A stretch of DNA of 64,000 nucleotides from Trichinella spiralis. Taxonomy: Eukaryota. Where the stretch lies: positions 6,540,122 to 6,604,121 of the forward strand of contig NW_003526943.1 in NCBI RefSeq assembly GCF_000181795.1, read 5' to 3'. This document shows, in pieces, positions 49,801-62,966 of the stretch (its first letter is position 1; each line of letters starts with the position of its first letter). The position numbers and the translations under genes are program-made. A model generated the notes under the pieces. It was given only the letters and a program-made list of their open reading frames with translations. It searched no databases and was not told the DNA's origin.

Positions 49801-52041
49801 CGGTCAGCGCTACTTAAGTGAAGAAGAAGAGTTGATTCCATATGGTGAATATTTGCACCAGAACAACAACAACAGTAACACCAACGCCAAGGAGGAGAAA
49901 ATGGACGAAAACAAGTAGGAAAGAAAAAATCAGTTGCTTCTTTGAAAGAAGCATTACAATACAATTTAATGCGACAATTAATAATAATTTCAAACATAAT
50001 AGAAGCAGAATAGCCAGCGAAAAGGAAACGAAGACTCCGTTGAAAAAATGTATCCCGGATTTAATTAACGCTGTCATTTCTGACGCTGTGCACAACGTGA
50101 TGCCATTTACGAAGGTGGGAAGCTTTTTTCCTGTGAAAACTTTTCCATTTATAATGATCTGTTTATTTTGTTTTCAAAATTATCTAGGAATTCTTCAACG
50201 ATATGGTGGAAATAATGTTGGTGAGCAGAAGAATGATTTCTTTGTTTTTTTTCAAATTCAAATAATTGATAAAACGAAAGGGAAGAAGAAATTTGAAAAA
50301 AAAAGTAAAAATTCCCATGACGTACAACTTTCGGGTTAAGTGAATGCTTTGCCACAGACTATGCTACGAATAGCTGGGCGAGCCTTTACTTAACTCGCGA
50401 GTTGTCCAATGCATCGTCGTCACTTGGCCAGATTTTCTTTCCTTCGTTTAATTTTTCAATTTCAAAAATCTCAAAATACAAATTTAAATTACGATTTTTC
50501 CCCTTGAGAAGTTATTGTGCTTTTGTTTTTTTTATAGCATAACCAGCGTTTATTTTCGAGACTGCTCTCTCTTTTGTACCGCAGCGACGCTTCTTTGGAG
50601 GAGACTAAGGTTGGATATTATCATTTGAATTTTTTTGTTCAATACAATAAAGTTAAAAAATTTTGTCAAAGGACACAGATGTAACAACAAGAATTGTTGT
50701 TTGTTAATTATTGTATTAATATCATTGATGGATTGATCCAAGCAGCGGTCATAGAATCATCAATGCATCAAGCAGGTGCAGCATCAATAGAATGAGTGTT
50801 TATGCTTTTCTTTTTTTTAGAAATCGAGCAGTAATGTCGAAGAAGGGGTGGGGCGTGAGAAAAAATATGACTTGGATGAAATTTTCAAATTTGGACGTGA
50901 TGTGGTCGAGGAAATGTTCGACGAAGCGGTTGAACTGTTTGGAAACGAGAATGGTGGTGTAATTTTTGAAAAGCCGCACGTGGAAATATTGTTGGCACGA
51001 ATTAAGCAAAAATTGGAAAATGAATGCGAACCAAATTTGGTGGACAATGGTGTGATTGAACATCTCGAACTTCAGCTGCCGAAACTTTATGGGAAAACGT
51101 GAGTTTTTCATTTATTTAAATGCAGCAAAAGAAAAGTAAATTTTTTCCCTTCTTTACTGCAGCATTTCTTCTTGTCGGAAAGAGTTGAGATTCATTGTGC
51201 AAACGATTGTCGTTCTTTGGTTGAAAAGACGAAAGCTCGAATTGGACAAGCTGGAACCAAAGGAACAACATTCACCCGATGTTGTTATGCAAATGACCAC
51301 GGCTTCTTTTCAACCGTTGTCGATGAGTTGCGGCTGTGAAAATAAGCTGCTTGTTGACGATTATGCCGAAGCGGGCGCAGTTTTCTTTGAGAGAAAAACC
51401 AATGAACAACCACAGTAGAAATTATTAAAATTATCTCAACATTGTCATGTATATTATTATTATTATTATTATATTTGCTATGCTCATTTAGTGACAAGCC
51501 ATCGCAGGATGAAGATGCGGAAGTTGCTGGACCGTCTTCAATTTTGGAAGATGTCTTGTATGCAGCTTTTATTTACAATATTCGCATTTGGTTTTTGATT
51601 TATTCAGTGGTTGTTTGTTTGTTTTCAGAGGCGATTGGCAATTAGCCGAAGCTGAGAACGTCGTCACCAACGAGGGTGGTGTTTCGATGTTTTCCGATTC
51701 GCCGGACGAGTTACTTTATGAATTGAACATCCAGAAGCGAGCAGCACCAAGTGACAAGGATGAATCACCAGGCACGGGAAGTTTTGTCTCGGTGGATTAC
51801 GTGGCTGTGCATCCCACTCGAGTGCGTTGTACCAACACCGTTACCGTTCAGGTGCCGAACAACGGCCAGCAGGTGGTCACTACAGGACCGCGTGCCATGA
51901 TTATTTATTTATTTATTTTTGTACAGTGTATATTCAATGTAAACTAAGAGGGAATTTTTTTTCCAATTTCAGGCCAAAAGCAGTGTACGGTTGAACGAGA
52001 AAAAGCACGACGATGAGGGGAATATTATCATTCACAAGTGA
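43896..52041 (+). CDS. Large coiled-coil protein, PCM1 (pericentriolar material 1)-like, multi-exon
   Basis: Many AG/GT-bounded exons. Segments FVERLTKIRD...LQKLINLYDDLAKQEEEYL, LEKLKHYIDMIKKICDGMLED, LLLAVLNCQQQIQIQQ and LELQLPKLYGKTISSCRKELRFIVQTIV resemble PCM1 blocks, in the same order. The frame of the last exon is uncertain. Confidence 0.7.
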
Positions 52042-52564
52042 ACGAAAAACATCACTGAGAAAAGCAGTTTTGCTTATATCTATTCAGAATATATATACAT
52101 AATTTATTTAAATTTAAGTTTATTTTGGGTTATATTTCAATTTTTCTGATTTCGGGTTTAATTGTGGCATTTTGGTGTTTGTTCAATTCATTCGCAATTT
52201 TTTATTTCATCATTAGAGATGACAAAATTTATTGTACCCAAAGCGTATTATTAGCTAGCTAGCTAGCAGCTCGTGTGTTTTTCTCTGTGTGACGACGTCG
52301 TTTTATTCTTAAAAAGTTTTCGTTGAAAATGGAAAATATATTGTTAATTTTCCATAAGAATGTGACGATGGACAACAGAAAATGGACACACACCTTCATT
52401 CTGTATTGATTATTTTTATTGTGGAAAAAAGGAAAGTATAATAGTGTAATAATATTAATAAAGTAGTTGATGCGTGTTAGTGAATTTATTTTTGTAGTAA
52501 GTTGAATCAACGATGACAGAAACACCGAACGACGTCATGTGAAGAAAAAAAAATAGTTCAATAA

Positions 52565-53513
52565 TTAGCAATACAAGATGTCATAGTGGCCAGGGCGATA
52601 CAGAAAGTACATTTCCATCTTGTCATTGTTGTTATCATTGACGCTGTGATGCATTTGATTGTTGCCGATTGCCTGACTTTGATCAAGATACTCTATGCGC
52701 AATGAAATGTCTGCAACAACAGAATAATAAATAATAAACAGAAAAAAAACTGAAAGTGTGATGAGATTTGAAAGAGGCCACTTTATTACCTAAAGCATTG
52801 ACTAATGCCATAATTGAAACGTGTTCGCATTCTCGTCCCATTGGTTCCACTTCACTGCTGCAAAATTCGCGTACAGTACGGCCGCCTTCGATGAACCCCT
52901 CGAACAAAATCACATTTTCAAGCATATAGCCGGCAGTTATTAGTCGCATAAACACCACGGAATAATCAGACATGTACTGATCGTTGAAACGCGCCAATAA
53001 TTGTTCTTCGGTCATTCCGTTTTTGATGCAAGTCAACAGATCAGCGAATGTTTCAAAAAATTCAGTAATCGTCAAATTTTGATAACCAAGTTTCTCCATA
53101 CAAGTTTGCCAAGCATCTAGCAAAGCTAGATAATAATCCACATTTTCCTTAAAATACAAAAAAATTTGTTGCATATTTCGTCAACTGAGACTGACAATAA
53201 AATGTCTTGAAGGAAAAAAAAGCTTCACCCGATTTTGAAGTAACTTTTCGCATAAACTGAACGCCACAGCCCTGTAAAAGCAGTTTCCATCGCCCCGAAC
53301 GCGACGCAGAAATGTATACTTATTCTGCAGTTGTACCGCCTTTTCATAAAATCGACTAGCCGTATCTTGACTGTATTCTTTGACCAGGCGATCAAGAGAT
53401 TCTTTGTTGCCAATCAGTGGCTGTGAAGCGGCCACTTCATTTTCAATTTCACGCTGCTGTGCAAGAATCTGATCATCCAAACTTACGCTGCCCATATCGT
53501 CCGATGGTACCAT
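52565..53513 (-). CDS. OTUB1: Otubain-family deubiquitinase (OTUB1-like), 3 exons
   Basis: ILAQQREIENEV, RRVRGDGNCFYRA (catalytic Cys), SDYSVVFMRLIT, EVEPMGRECEH, LYRPGHYDILY (catalytic His). Confidence 0.93.
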
Positions 53514-55803
53514 TCTTTGTCTACTGCTATGTTCGACAAAGCGAAAAGATAATAAAATCAAATTCATCGTTGAAATAACATAAACATCAATAAACAAATT
53601 TGCAATGATTAAAAAATATGCATTACTAATTATATAGTTAAATAATAATACCTAATTTCCAAAAACATACACGATATATTCATTTGCATTATTTACATTT
53701 TATCCAACCATTCTTACTGCTGCTCAACAGGCGAACAATAATAACAAATCGTCAAATATTGAAAATTATTATTAAAGTAACTTTAAATTAATTAACTGTT
53801 CTTAAGATCTGCGGAAAGAATTAACGTCCTCTTTCTAAAAGACGAACAAAATTTATAAAAGTCAGAAAACAACTATTCAATTATTTTATATCATTTTCCG
53901 GATCAATTTACATGAGAATAAAAAATTCATTTTACTTTACATTAAAAATTTAATGCTACTCTTTGGGGATGTTTTGGTGGATTCAAAAAAGAAAGCATAC
54001 TCAGCGAAAGAAGCAATCAACATTCATAACGAAATTACTTTCATTCGTAAAAGATCAGAAATTATATATTTAGCCTATAAATATTGTTTGGCATGTAGCA
54101 TTACGATCGCCCTCTGAATTATTTAAACGTTTCGTCTCATTTATCCCTCAGAAATTTAATTTAACTTTCAACTTATGTGCCTGTCAAATAATTCTACCAA
54201 TATTTTAATATTAACTGCATTTAAAGTGATAAAATAAACATTTTTCATATACTGTCAAACATTAACACTTGAAAAACTTACTTACCAAAACGAATCTTTG
54301 AAGATTACCACAACTGTGCTATATCATCAAACTGTAAATTTAGTGTTTTCAGGTATTTAAAGATATTCGCGACAAAGTTGTCCCACACTGAAATTAGTTT
54401 TCGTAAAATTAATATATAAATAAAAATAAAATAGAATTATTTGATTTTTTAAATAAATTTTTAATATTTTTAGTTGATAAATTTTTATTCATAGAAACTT
54501 TAGCAATTTTGTATAAATAAACCCTACCGCTTCTGCGTACATGTTGTTTTGATTGGTAAATTGTGATTGGTTTGGAGTGCCCTCTAGTGCAATTCTGTTA
54601 TTCTGCTGCTTAGGGGGAGTGGGAGGAGGGGCTAGTGTTGATTAATCTGCTGCTATAACTGTATCGTTCTGCTGTCTAACGTTCGCATTAAAGGCAGGCC
54701 TGTTGGCGGACGCGTCTTTAAATTTGCAGTATAATATAATATACAAATTTATAATCACAAATAAAATACATGTATTTGCTGTAATCCATATTTTCATTAA
54801 TAAGGATCGCTAGCAAGCATACTTTTCACGTAATCACCGGTTAAATCATGAATGCAGAAAAAAGAGAATACTTTATGCGTAAATATGGACCATTAGTAGA
54901 GTTTCTGAGTTTTGAAGTGTGTGATTTTATAAACATTTTAATCTAAATTTAAAATTATATTCAATATTTTGTTATGGATTGCCGTCCAACGTAGAACCAA
55001 AGTAAGAAAACAAAAATGCAGTGTCCTCGTGATGTTTGCATTATTTAATTTTGTTATTTTAATCATTATTATTTTATTTTTATTATTTTCTTGTATTATT
55101 TTAGGATACTGTCGGCAATAACATGAAATATGAGTACGAAATAGCCACATACAATTTAAGAAATGAAAGTAATTTTACAACTACACTTCAAATTAAAATT
55201 GATCATGCAGAAGCTTTGCTGTGTTGGTTAAATGATTTTAAAAACTTTGAAACTATTATTTAATATAAATTTTCAGTTTCGTTTACTTTTTTAAAAAATC
55301 AAATTGTAAGCATATTGAAAGAGAGACTTTTTCAAACCATAAAAAAACGTCGATTTCCCAAAATTTTTTATTTGTCAACGTTCGGTGAAAAATAAAGTGC
55401 GGAAGAATCCACATTCCGAGGCAGTAAAGAATACTTTTTATAAATCAACAGTGTATTCATGATTAAAGAAAAATAATCGACATGTAGCTTACCGAAACAA
55501 GTACATTTAAAATGGTAAGCAATTGTGCACTTATCTTATATTTATTTATGCGATAGCATCTACTGCTCTAAGATTCTTTGGGGAAGACATTGTGAACTTC
55601 ACACACAACCATCCTTCCTATAAATAACTACCAGAACAACATCTGCAAGTAATGATGTCGTTTACCTTGTTTAATAATAAAGAATATTTCAATTACAATA
55701 CTTTAAATAAGCAATGCTTAAAATTTTTAGTTGTCACAAAATGAGTTTGCAAATGTAACTTACGATGAGATTAAAAAATAATTAGTATTACGGTAAATGT
55801 ATT

Positions 55804-56061
55804 TGTTGGAAATTATTCGGTAGCGAACCTTCTGGCTCTATACCTGACTTTTGGGTACGGTAGCTTATGGTAGTTGACGAGTAAGTGGCTGAGTTGGCAA
55901 GGGGGTGTGTGAGTTGAGGAGTAGTGCCAGCGTGAAAAGTTCTGTTTTTTTGTGCATTTATTGTGTTGTGAGTTATCCTTGCACGTTTTACATTTGTTTC
56001 TAAGCTTGCACCTACGTTGAATAAAGTGTGTGTTGTTACCGGTTTGTCCCGTTTTATGTCA
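55804..56061 (+). mobile_element. Possible LTR fragment
   Basis: TGTTGG start, GC/GT-rich block, AATAAA near 56020, followed by a PBS-like TCAGAAGCG; no TSD found. Confidence 0.35.
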
Positions 56062-56517
56062 CGTTCAGAAGCGAACGTGAGTCAGATTGCGGTTATGTGC
56101 TGCCAGATGAAAAGTACAGTCTACTAGCTCGTAGTCGAAGACGGTTTTGTCGCAAACTTTATTAATTTATTAAATGTTTCTTAATTTTACAGTTTGATTT
56201 TATTCTTAATTCTTAATTTAATATGCAAAATAAGTTAAAAGCCTTATCTTTACATTCGATTAAATCAACCTTTGTTTTTGACAATGTAGGGGGTACGGTT
56301 GCGTTTACAATTAAAAGGAAATCAAGATCGAAAGGAAGAAAATAACGTAGGCGTCAATTCAAGAAGGGCGTCGAGACTACCTTTCTTTGTGGCAAACTGA
56401 CAACGTGGGCCGAGCGAACTATCCTGCGTGTAACGTTTAAGCTTTTTATCAAAAAGTCAGTCGTTTTATTTAACAGAGCAACGTTTTATTCAGTTAGGAA
56501 TAAACTATACAAAATGA

Positions 56518-59352
56518 TGTAGCGGACGCGGACCGAGCTAACAACTCTAGTTCTCCAGACAACGAAGCAGAAGAAAGGTGAAGCTACCGTAAGAAGAATT
56601 GGACTTGAAGATCGGAGGTGGAGTACGGTAGTAGGGACGTAGTGTGAGGAGTCGTTGTTGTGCTGTCGAAGAAGCCTGCGGTATCATATCGTTGTCGATT
56701 CTTGCTCGCGATTGCCAATAAAAAATATACTTACTGCCTGTTGTTTTATTGCTACAATGCCATCAGGAAAGCGTGAAACAGAAAGAAAGGGAAATCCACC
56801 TGTCAATACTGGCCCGTCGCCGAATAGCGACGAACACGCCAATAACACGGTGGAGGAAGTTAACGAGCTTGTTCAAGGGAGCGACTCGTTACATTGGGGG
56901 CCTCTCCGGGAACTGACGCCATCGGTGTACCGAGGTGCCTATTATTGCCCGCCCCCGGCTTTTCGTCCGGAGATGGACTCCGTTGAGTGGCTGGAGAGGC
57001 TGGAAGACTTTCTCTGCATCAGCAGGGTTCCGCCCCCTGACCACGGCATGGTCGCTCGCTACCTGCTGAGCGATCCAGTCCGCCGCGAGCTCTACCCGGC
57101 GGGACAAGCAAGGGAGAACTCTTTCGAGGAGTTCAAGAAGCGATTGCTGGGCGTGTACGGCCCGGAAGAGTCGACAGGGCAGCTGATCGAGCGGTTCCAC
57201 GCCCTGCATCGACGCGAGGATCAAACCATCGAGCAATACGCCCAGGAGGTGGCAGAAGTTGGACGCAGAGCCGGCGTATCAGAACGTGACCTCGTGGCGC
57301 GTTTCGCCGGGGGAATAACCTCAAAGGAGGCGTATCTGGCGATCCGGATGCAGGAACCGACAACCCTTACCGAAGCTCGGAGGCTGGTCAGTAAGGTCAT
57401 GCGGTCTGAAGAAGATTTCCACCAGAGGCGGCAGACGCACACCGGTAATCCAAAGCCGGAGAAGACCAAAGCGACCCAGTCCATCGACAACTTGATACGC
57501 GAGGTGAGGAAGATTTCCCTGAAGCTGGATAAGCAGGAGCCGACGGCCGTACGACCGGCCAGAAGAAGAGACGGCTGTTTTAATTGCGGTGGCTTGGGCC
57601 ACCTCCGACGCGACTGCCCCCACGAAAGACGCCGAAAACAACGATTGCCAACGGGCACGCAGGGCGGCGAACCTGGAAACCGCCGGGTGTTGCCCATTGC
57701 CGAACTTCAAGCAGGCGACACGCCATGTGTAAACGGTAAGCTGAACCGGACGAGGGTCTCCTTACTGCTAGACACTGGGGCGGTGGTCTCCGTGATACCT
57801 GAGTCTCTTTGGCAGATCGCCTCAGGCGGAGAGCCCTTGGAGAGTAGCCCCGCTGAAGTACGCGTGGGGGCTATAAGTCTGGACGCGGCCAATCCCATCA
57901 GGCAGTGGCAGGAAAGCGACACGGAGCTCCAGCAAGTCCGGGAGTGGATCGTGCGGAAGGCTTGGCCACAAGCGGTACCCGAGGGTAGTCGATTGCTAAA
58001 AAGTCTGTGGTCGCAGCGTGACCGGGTAGTCCTTCGTGAAGGGACTATATGTCGGGTGTGGGAGGCCCTGGACACGGGCGAGACGCGGCTGCTGCAGGTC
58101 ATCCCGAGACAGAGGATCTCGGAGATCCTGGCCGCCATCCACAACCGCCAATCGGGGGCCCACCTGGGGGTGGCGAAGACGCTGGCGAAGGTGCGCCAGC
58201 GGTATTACTGGCCCCAGCAACGGGAGGACGTCAAAGACTGGTGCCGGGCATGTCAGACGTGCGCTGCGCGGGCAGCCCCGCCGAGGAAGCTCCAGGCCCC
58301 TATGCAGCTTCAGCCGGTCAGCCATCCCTTCCAACGAGTGGGCATGGACATAGTGGGTCCGCTGGAGGAGACGCAGAGTGGCAACCGCTACATCCTAGTG
58401 GTATGCGACTACTTCTCGAAGTGGCCGGAGGCGTTTGCGCTGCCGAATGCGGAGGCGCGTACCGTGGCCACGGCGCTGGTAAATGGCATCTTTTGCCGCT
58501 ACGGGGCGCCGGAGACGATTCATTCTGATCAGGGCAGGAACTTCGAGTCCGAACTCGTGAAGGAGGTGTGCCAGCTGTTTGGGGTGACCAAAACCCGGGC
58601 CACAGCCTACCACCCGCAGTCCGTTGGCATGGTGAAGCGAATGAACCGCACCCTGCTGGACCTATTGGCGAAGGCTTCCATCGATCACCCTGACGATTGG
58701 GATGCCCACCTTGATAGAGTCCTCTTCGCGTACCGGTCCAGTGTTCACCACACAACGGGTGCAACCCCCAGCCGAGTTGTGTTTGGCAGAGAGCTCCGGC
58801 TACCGGTTGACCTGGTGTACGGCCTCCCGAGAGACATGCCAGAACAGTCGGTAGGAGAGTACACGCAGCGGCTGCGGCATGACCTGGATCAGCTCTACGA
58901 GGAGGTACGGGGAAGGCTGGCCGAGAGCAGCGGCCCCAGAAGTTTTGGAGAGACCGGAAAGCCCTTGGACCTGTGTATGAACCGGGCGACCGGATTTGGA
59001 TGCAAGTCCCGACGAAGACCAAACTTGGGGCTTACTGAGACGGACTAGTCCTCCAGACAACGAAGCTGAAGAAAGGTGGAGTACGATAGTATGGACGTAC
59101 GTGTGAGGAGTCGTTGTTGTGCTGTCGAAGAAGCCTGCGGTAACATATCGTTGTCGATTCTTGCTCGCGGTTGCCAATAAAAAATAAACTTACTGTCTGT
59201 TGTTTGATTTTTACAATGCCATCAGGAAATCGTGAAACAGAAAGAAAGGGAAACCCGCCGGTCAATACCGGCCAGTCGCCGAATAGCGACGAACACGCCA
59301 ATAACACGGTGGAGGAAGTGAACGAGCCTGCTCGAGGGAGCGGCTCGTTACA
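56518..59352 (+). mobile_element. Nested Ty3/Gypsy element B
   Basis: 5' LTR 56518-56893 (TGTAGC...GTTACA), tRNA-Pro-like PBS TGGGGGCCTCTCCGGGA at 56895, 5'-truncated 3' LTR 59046-59352, TSD ATGA (56514-56517, 59353-59356). Confidence 0.92.
56757..59048 (+). CDS. Gag-protease-integrase fusion ORF lacking RT/RNase H
   Basis: Gag with CCHC knuckle CFNCGGLGHLRRDC, protease LLDTGAVVS, then directly integrase: H..H..CRACQTC, GMDIVGP, HSDQG, GMVKRMN (E>K). No YxDD motif. Confidence 0.88.
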   Translation: MPSGKRETERKGNPPVNTGPSPNSDEHANNTVEEVNELVQGSDSLHWGPLRELTPSVYRGAYYCPPPAFRPEMDSVEWLERLEDFLCISRVPPPDHGMVARYLLSDPVRRELYPAGQARENSFEEFKKRLLGVYGPEESTGQLIERFHALHRREDQTIEQYAQEVAEVGRRAGVSERDLVARFAGGITSKEAYLAIRMQEPTTLTEARRLVSKVMRSEEDFHQRRQTHTGNPKPEKTKATQSIDNLIREVRKISLKLDKQEPTAVRPARRRDGCFNCGGLGHLRRDCPHERRRKQRLPTGTQGGEPGNRRVLPIAELQAGDTPCVNGKLNRTRVSLLLDTGAVVSVIPESLWQIASGGEPLESSPAEVRVGAISLDAANPIRQWQESDTELQQVREWIVRKAWPQAVPEGSRLLKSLWSQRDRVVLREGTICRVWEALDTGETRLLQVIPRQRISEILAAIHNRQSGAHLGVAKTLAKVRQRYYWPQQREDVKDWCRACQTCAARAAPPRKLQAPMQLQPVSHPFQRVGMDIVGPLEETQSGNRYILVVCDYFSKWPEAFALPNAEARTVATALVNGIFCRYGAPETIHSDQGRNFESELVKEVCQLFGVTKTRATAYHPQSVGMVKRMNRTLLDLLAKASIDHPDDWDAHLDRVLFAYRSSVHHTTGATPSRVVFGRELRLPVDLVYGLPRDMPEQSVGEYTQRLRHDLDQLYEEVRGRLAESSGPRSFGETGKPLDLCMNRATGFGCKSRRRPNLGLTETD

Positions 59353-59651
59353 ATGATAACACACACAAGGAGAAGACGATAATACCAAAATTCGCTAACA
59401 CGCCAACGCTAACGCACCTTTATGCAAATAGTTCACTCTGCTGTAGATTATTGATGCTGAGGTTAATGAAATCAGTAGTACTATTACACTGCGCATGACC
59501 GGTCAGAGGCGCCGCGTCCCCCGCAGCGGACCCATCTCGTTGAAGCGGCCTATCCGGCGCCTGCAAAGGCTGAAACGACAGAAGACCTGTCTTTAAAATA
59601 CTAGCCGCTGCTGAGACGGGCCCCTGATCAGCGGTTCATGGTGACGGCCCG

Positions 59652-60182
59652 ATGCACATTCAGACCGCTAATACTATCAGTGCGACCCTTTTGACGGTGG
59701 TAGGCACGGTGGAAAACCGACAAGAGCTGATGCTCGTCGACTCTGGCTCAGCCGTTACGCTCTTACGCCGGGACGCCTACGATTCGATCGGCAACCCTTC
59801 CCCACTGAATCCTTCGTCGCGTCTTTTACTGGCAGTAAATGGGACTGTCATAAATGTGTTGGGTGTCTATGAAGTTCGGTTCCGTCTAGGCGCCGCTGAG
59901 CTAGGACACCCTGTCGATGTGGTCTCAAATGTGTCCCAGCGATGTCTGCTGAGCGCTGACTTCCTCTCCATGCACGGTTGCGTCTTGAACTTCGCCCTGG
60001 GCACACTGATATGCGGAGAAGATGTGGTCCGGTTCAACAAGACGCTGGGTACCGCTAGATCTGGATCCAGGCTGGGAGTAATTGTGACTGACGACGCAGA
60101 TCGTCAGACCCAAGCCACGACCAAGAAAGACGGTGCAGTGATGTCAAGGTCCCCGAGACCCACGAACCCTTGCTGGAAGTAG
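59652..60182 (+). pseudogene. Retroviral-type aspartic protease remnant of element A
   Basis: LMLVDSGSAVTLL...AVNGTVINVLG...CLLSADFL. Confidence 0.8.
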
Positions 60183-60860
60183 TCGCTATAGTGCTGACTA
60201 CGCTATCGATCGCGATTGCCGATGACCCTTTCCAGTGGAACCGGAACTTACGGTTGCGGGTTTAGCCTACCATGTGTAACGGGTACGGTTGTGTTGACAA
60301 TTAAAGGGAAGTCAAAATCGAAAGGAAGAAAATAACGTAGGCGCCAATTCAAGAAAGAAATTACGTTGGCCGATATAAAAAAGGAGAACGGCGTCTATGA
60401 AGCGGCACAAGCATTTTCCTATATTTATAGCGCGATTGTGGAGCTTAGGAGAGTGTGTGAGTAAAAGTGTATGTTGTTAGTGTTCGTATCTGTGTGTGAA
60501 TAAACGTTAAAAACCAGAGATATGCTTCGCATGAATGACCGACAAAAGTCTACAGTAACCCCAGATGTTACAACAAATTGACTAATTTATCTTTCATATA
60601 TCAGGAATTTAGTATGAATATTGTAAGTATCACATGAAAATAATTCTGTATAAGCACAAAAGCATATTTTAAATAAAATACTGAACATAATGCTTTACAA
60701 CAATTTTATTTATTAAAGCCAAAATTGTACTTGTAAATTATTTCATACTGTTAAGAAATCAACAAATTAAAATTATTTTCATTTTTGATCAGTAGCATAT
60801 ATTTTAATAACGACTTTTTTCTAGAACATCATTTCAATAAATTTAGAATTTATTCAGAAC

Positions 60861-62277
<1,417 letters not shown>

Positions 62278-62966
62278 TTTTTATCCCTAATTACGGCAGT
62301 AATTGTGTTCGTGAAATCATCTTCTGTTGAAGAGGCGTGTTTAAACTGTAAATTAGTATCCGCACTGTGGAATATTTAAAAATATTTATCTGTCGACCAT
62401 AACAAATGTATTATAGAATGCAACATATGAATTAATTATATAATCCTCATGTTTTTGGAGTAAATGTTATCAGTAGTGTTTTTAAATTAAATTCTGTTTT
62501 TCTACTGTTGTTTTGCGATTGTACATCCACGTTTTGCTGAATTATAATAGTTATTATTTTTGTCACGTTTTTCAATAAATTATTTTCAAACGAACGTAGT
62601 TTCTGCATTACATGATGATTAGCATGCTTACAGTATGCTAAACATATGAAAAATACATCTTGAATATTCAAGTGTTACAGTACCTTTCTGTAAGGTTCAC
62701 CGTTTTCGCCACGTGCTTGCGCATTTTGCTCCATGTGGAAAAAGATTTTAATTGAAATTAGTAAGTTGTTATGAAATGGAAGTATTTTAAAAATTTATTT
62801 ATTTTTTAATCACCATTTAATGCGATTGCTTTTCTTTACTATAACAATTTAGTTGCCAGTATATGAATTTGGTAATTGTGAGTTCTATAAAAATCTTTTT
62901 TAATCTTCGGTAAAATATATTAATATTTTGATGTTTAAAATTGATGTTTTATTTTTCTTAAGGTGA

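Larger units (their letters stand above)
56285..60572 (+). mobile_element. Outer Ty3/Gypsy element A (internally deleted)
   Basis: The 5' LTR remnant 56285-~56366 matches the start of the 3' LTR 60275-60572 (TGTAAC...GTTACA, with AATAAA). TSD ACAA at 56281-56284 and 60573-60576. Contains a protease ORF at 59652-60182. Confidence 0.85.

Noticed and set aside
56889..59388. Many overlapping alternative-frame ORFs in the Gypsy element
   Set aside because: Expected from high GC content; no motifs.
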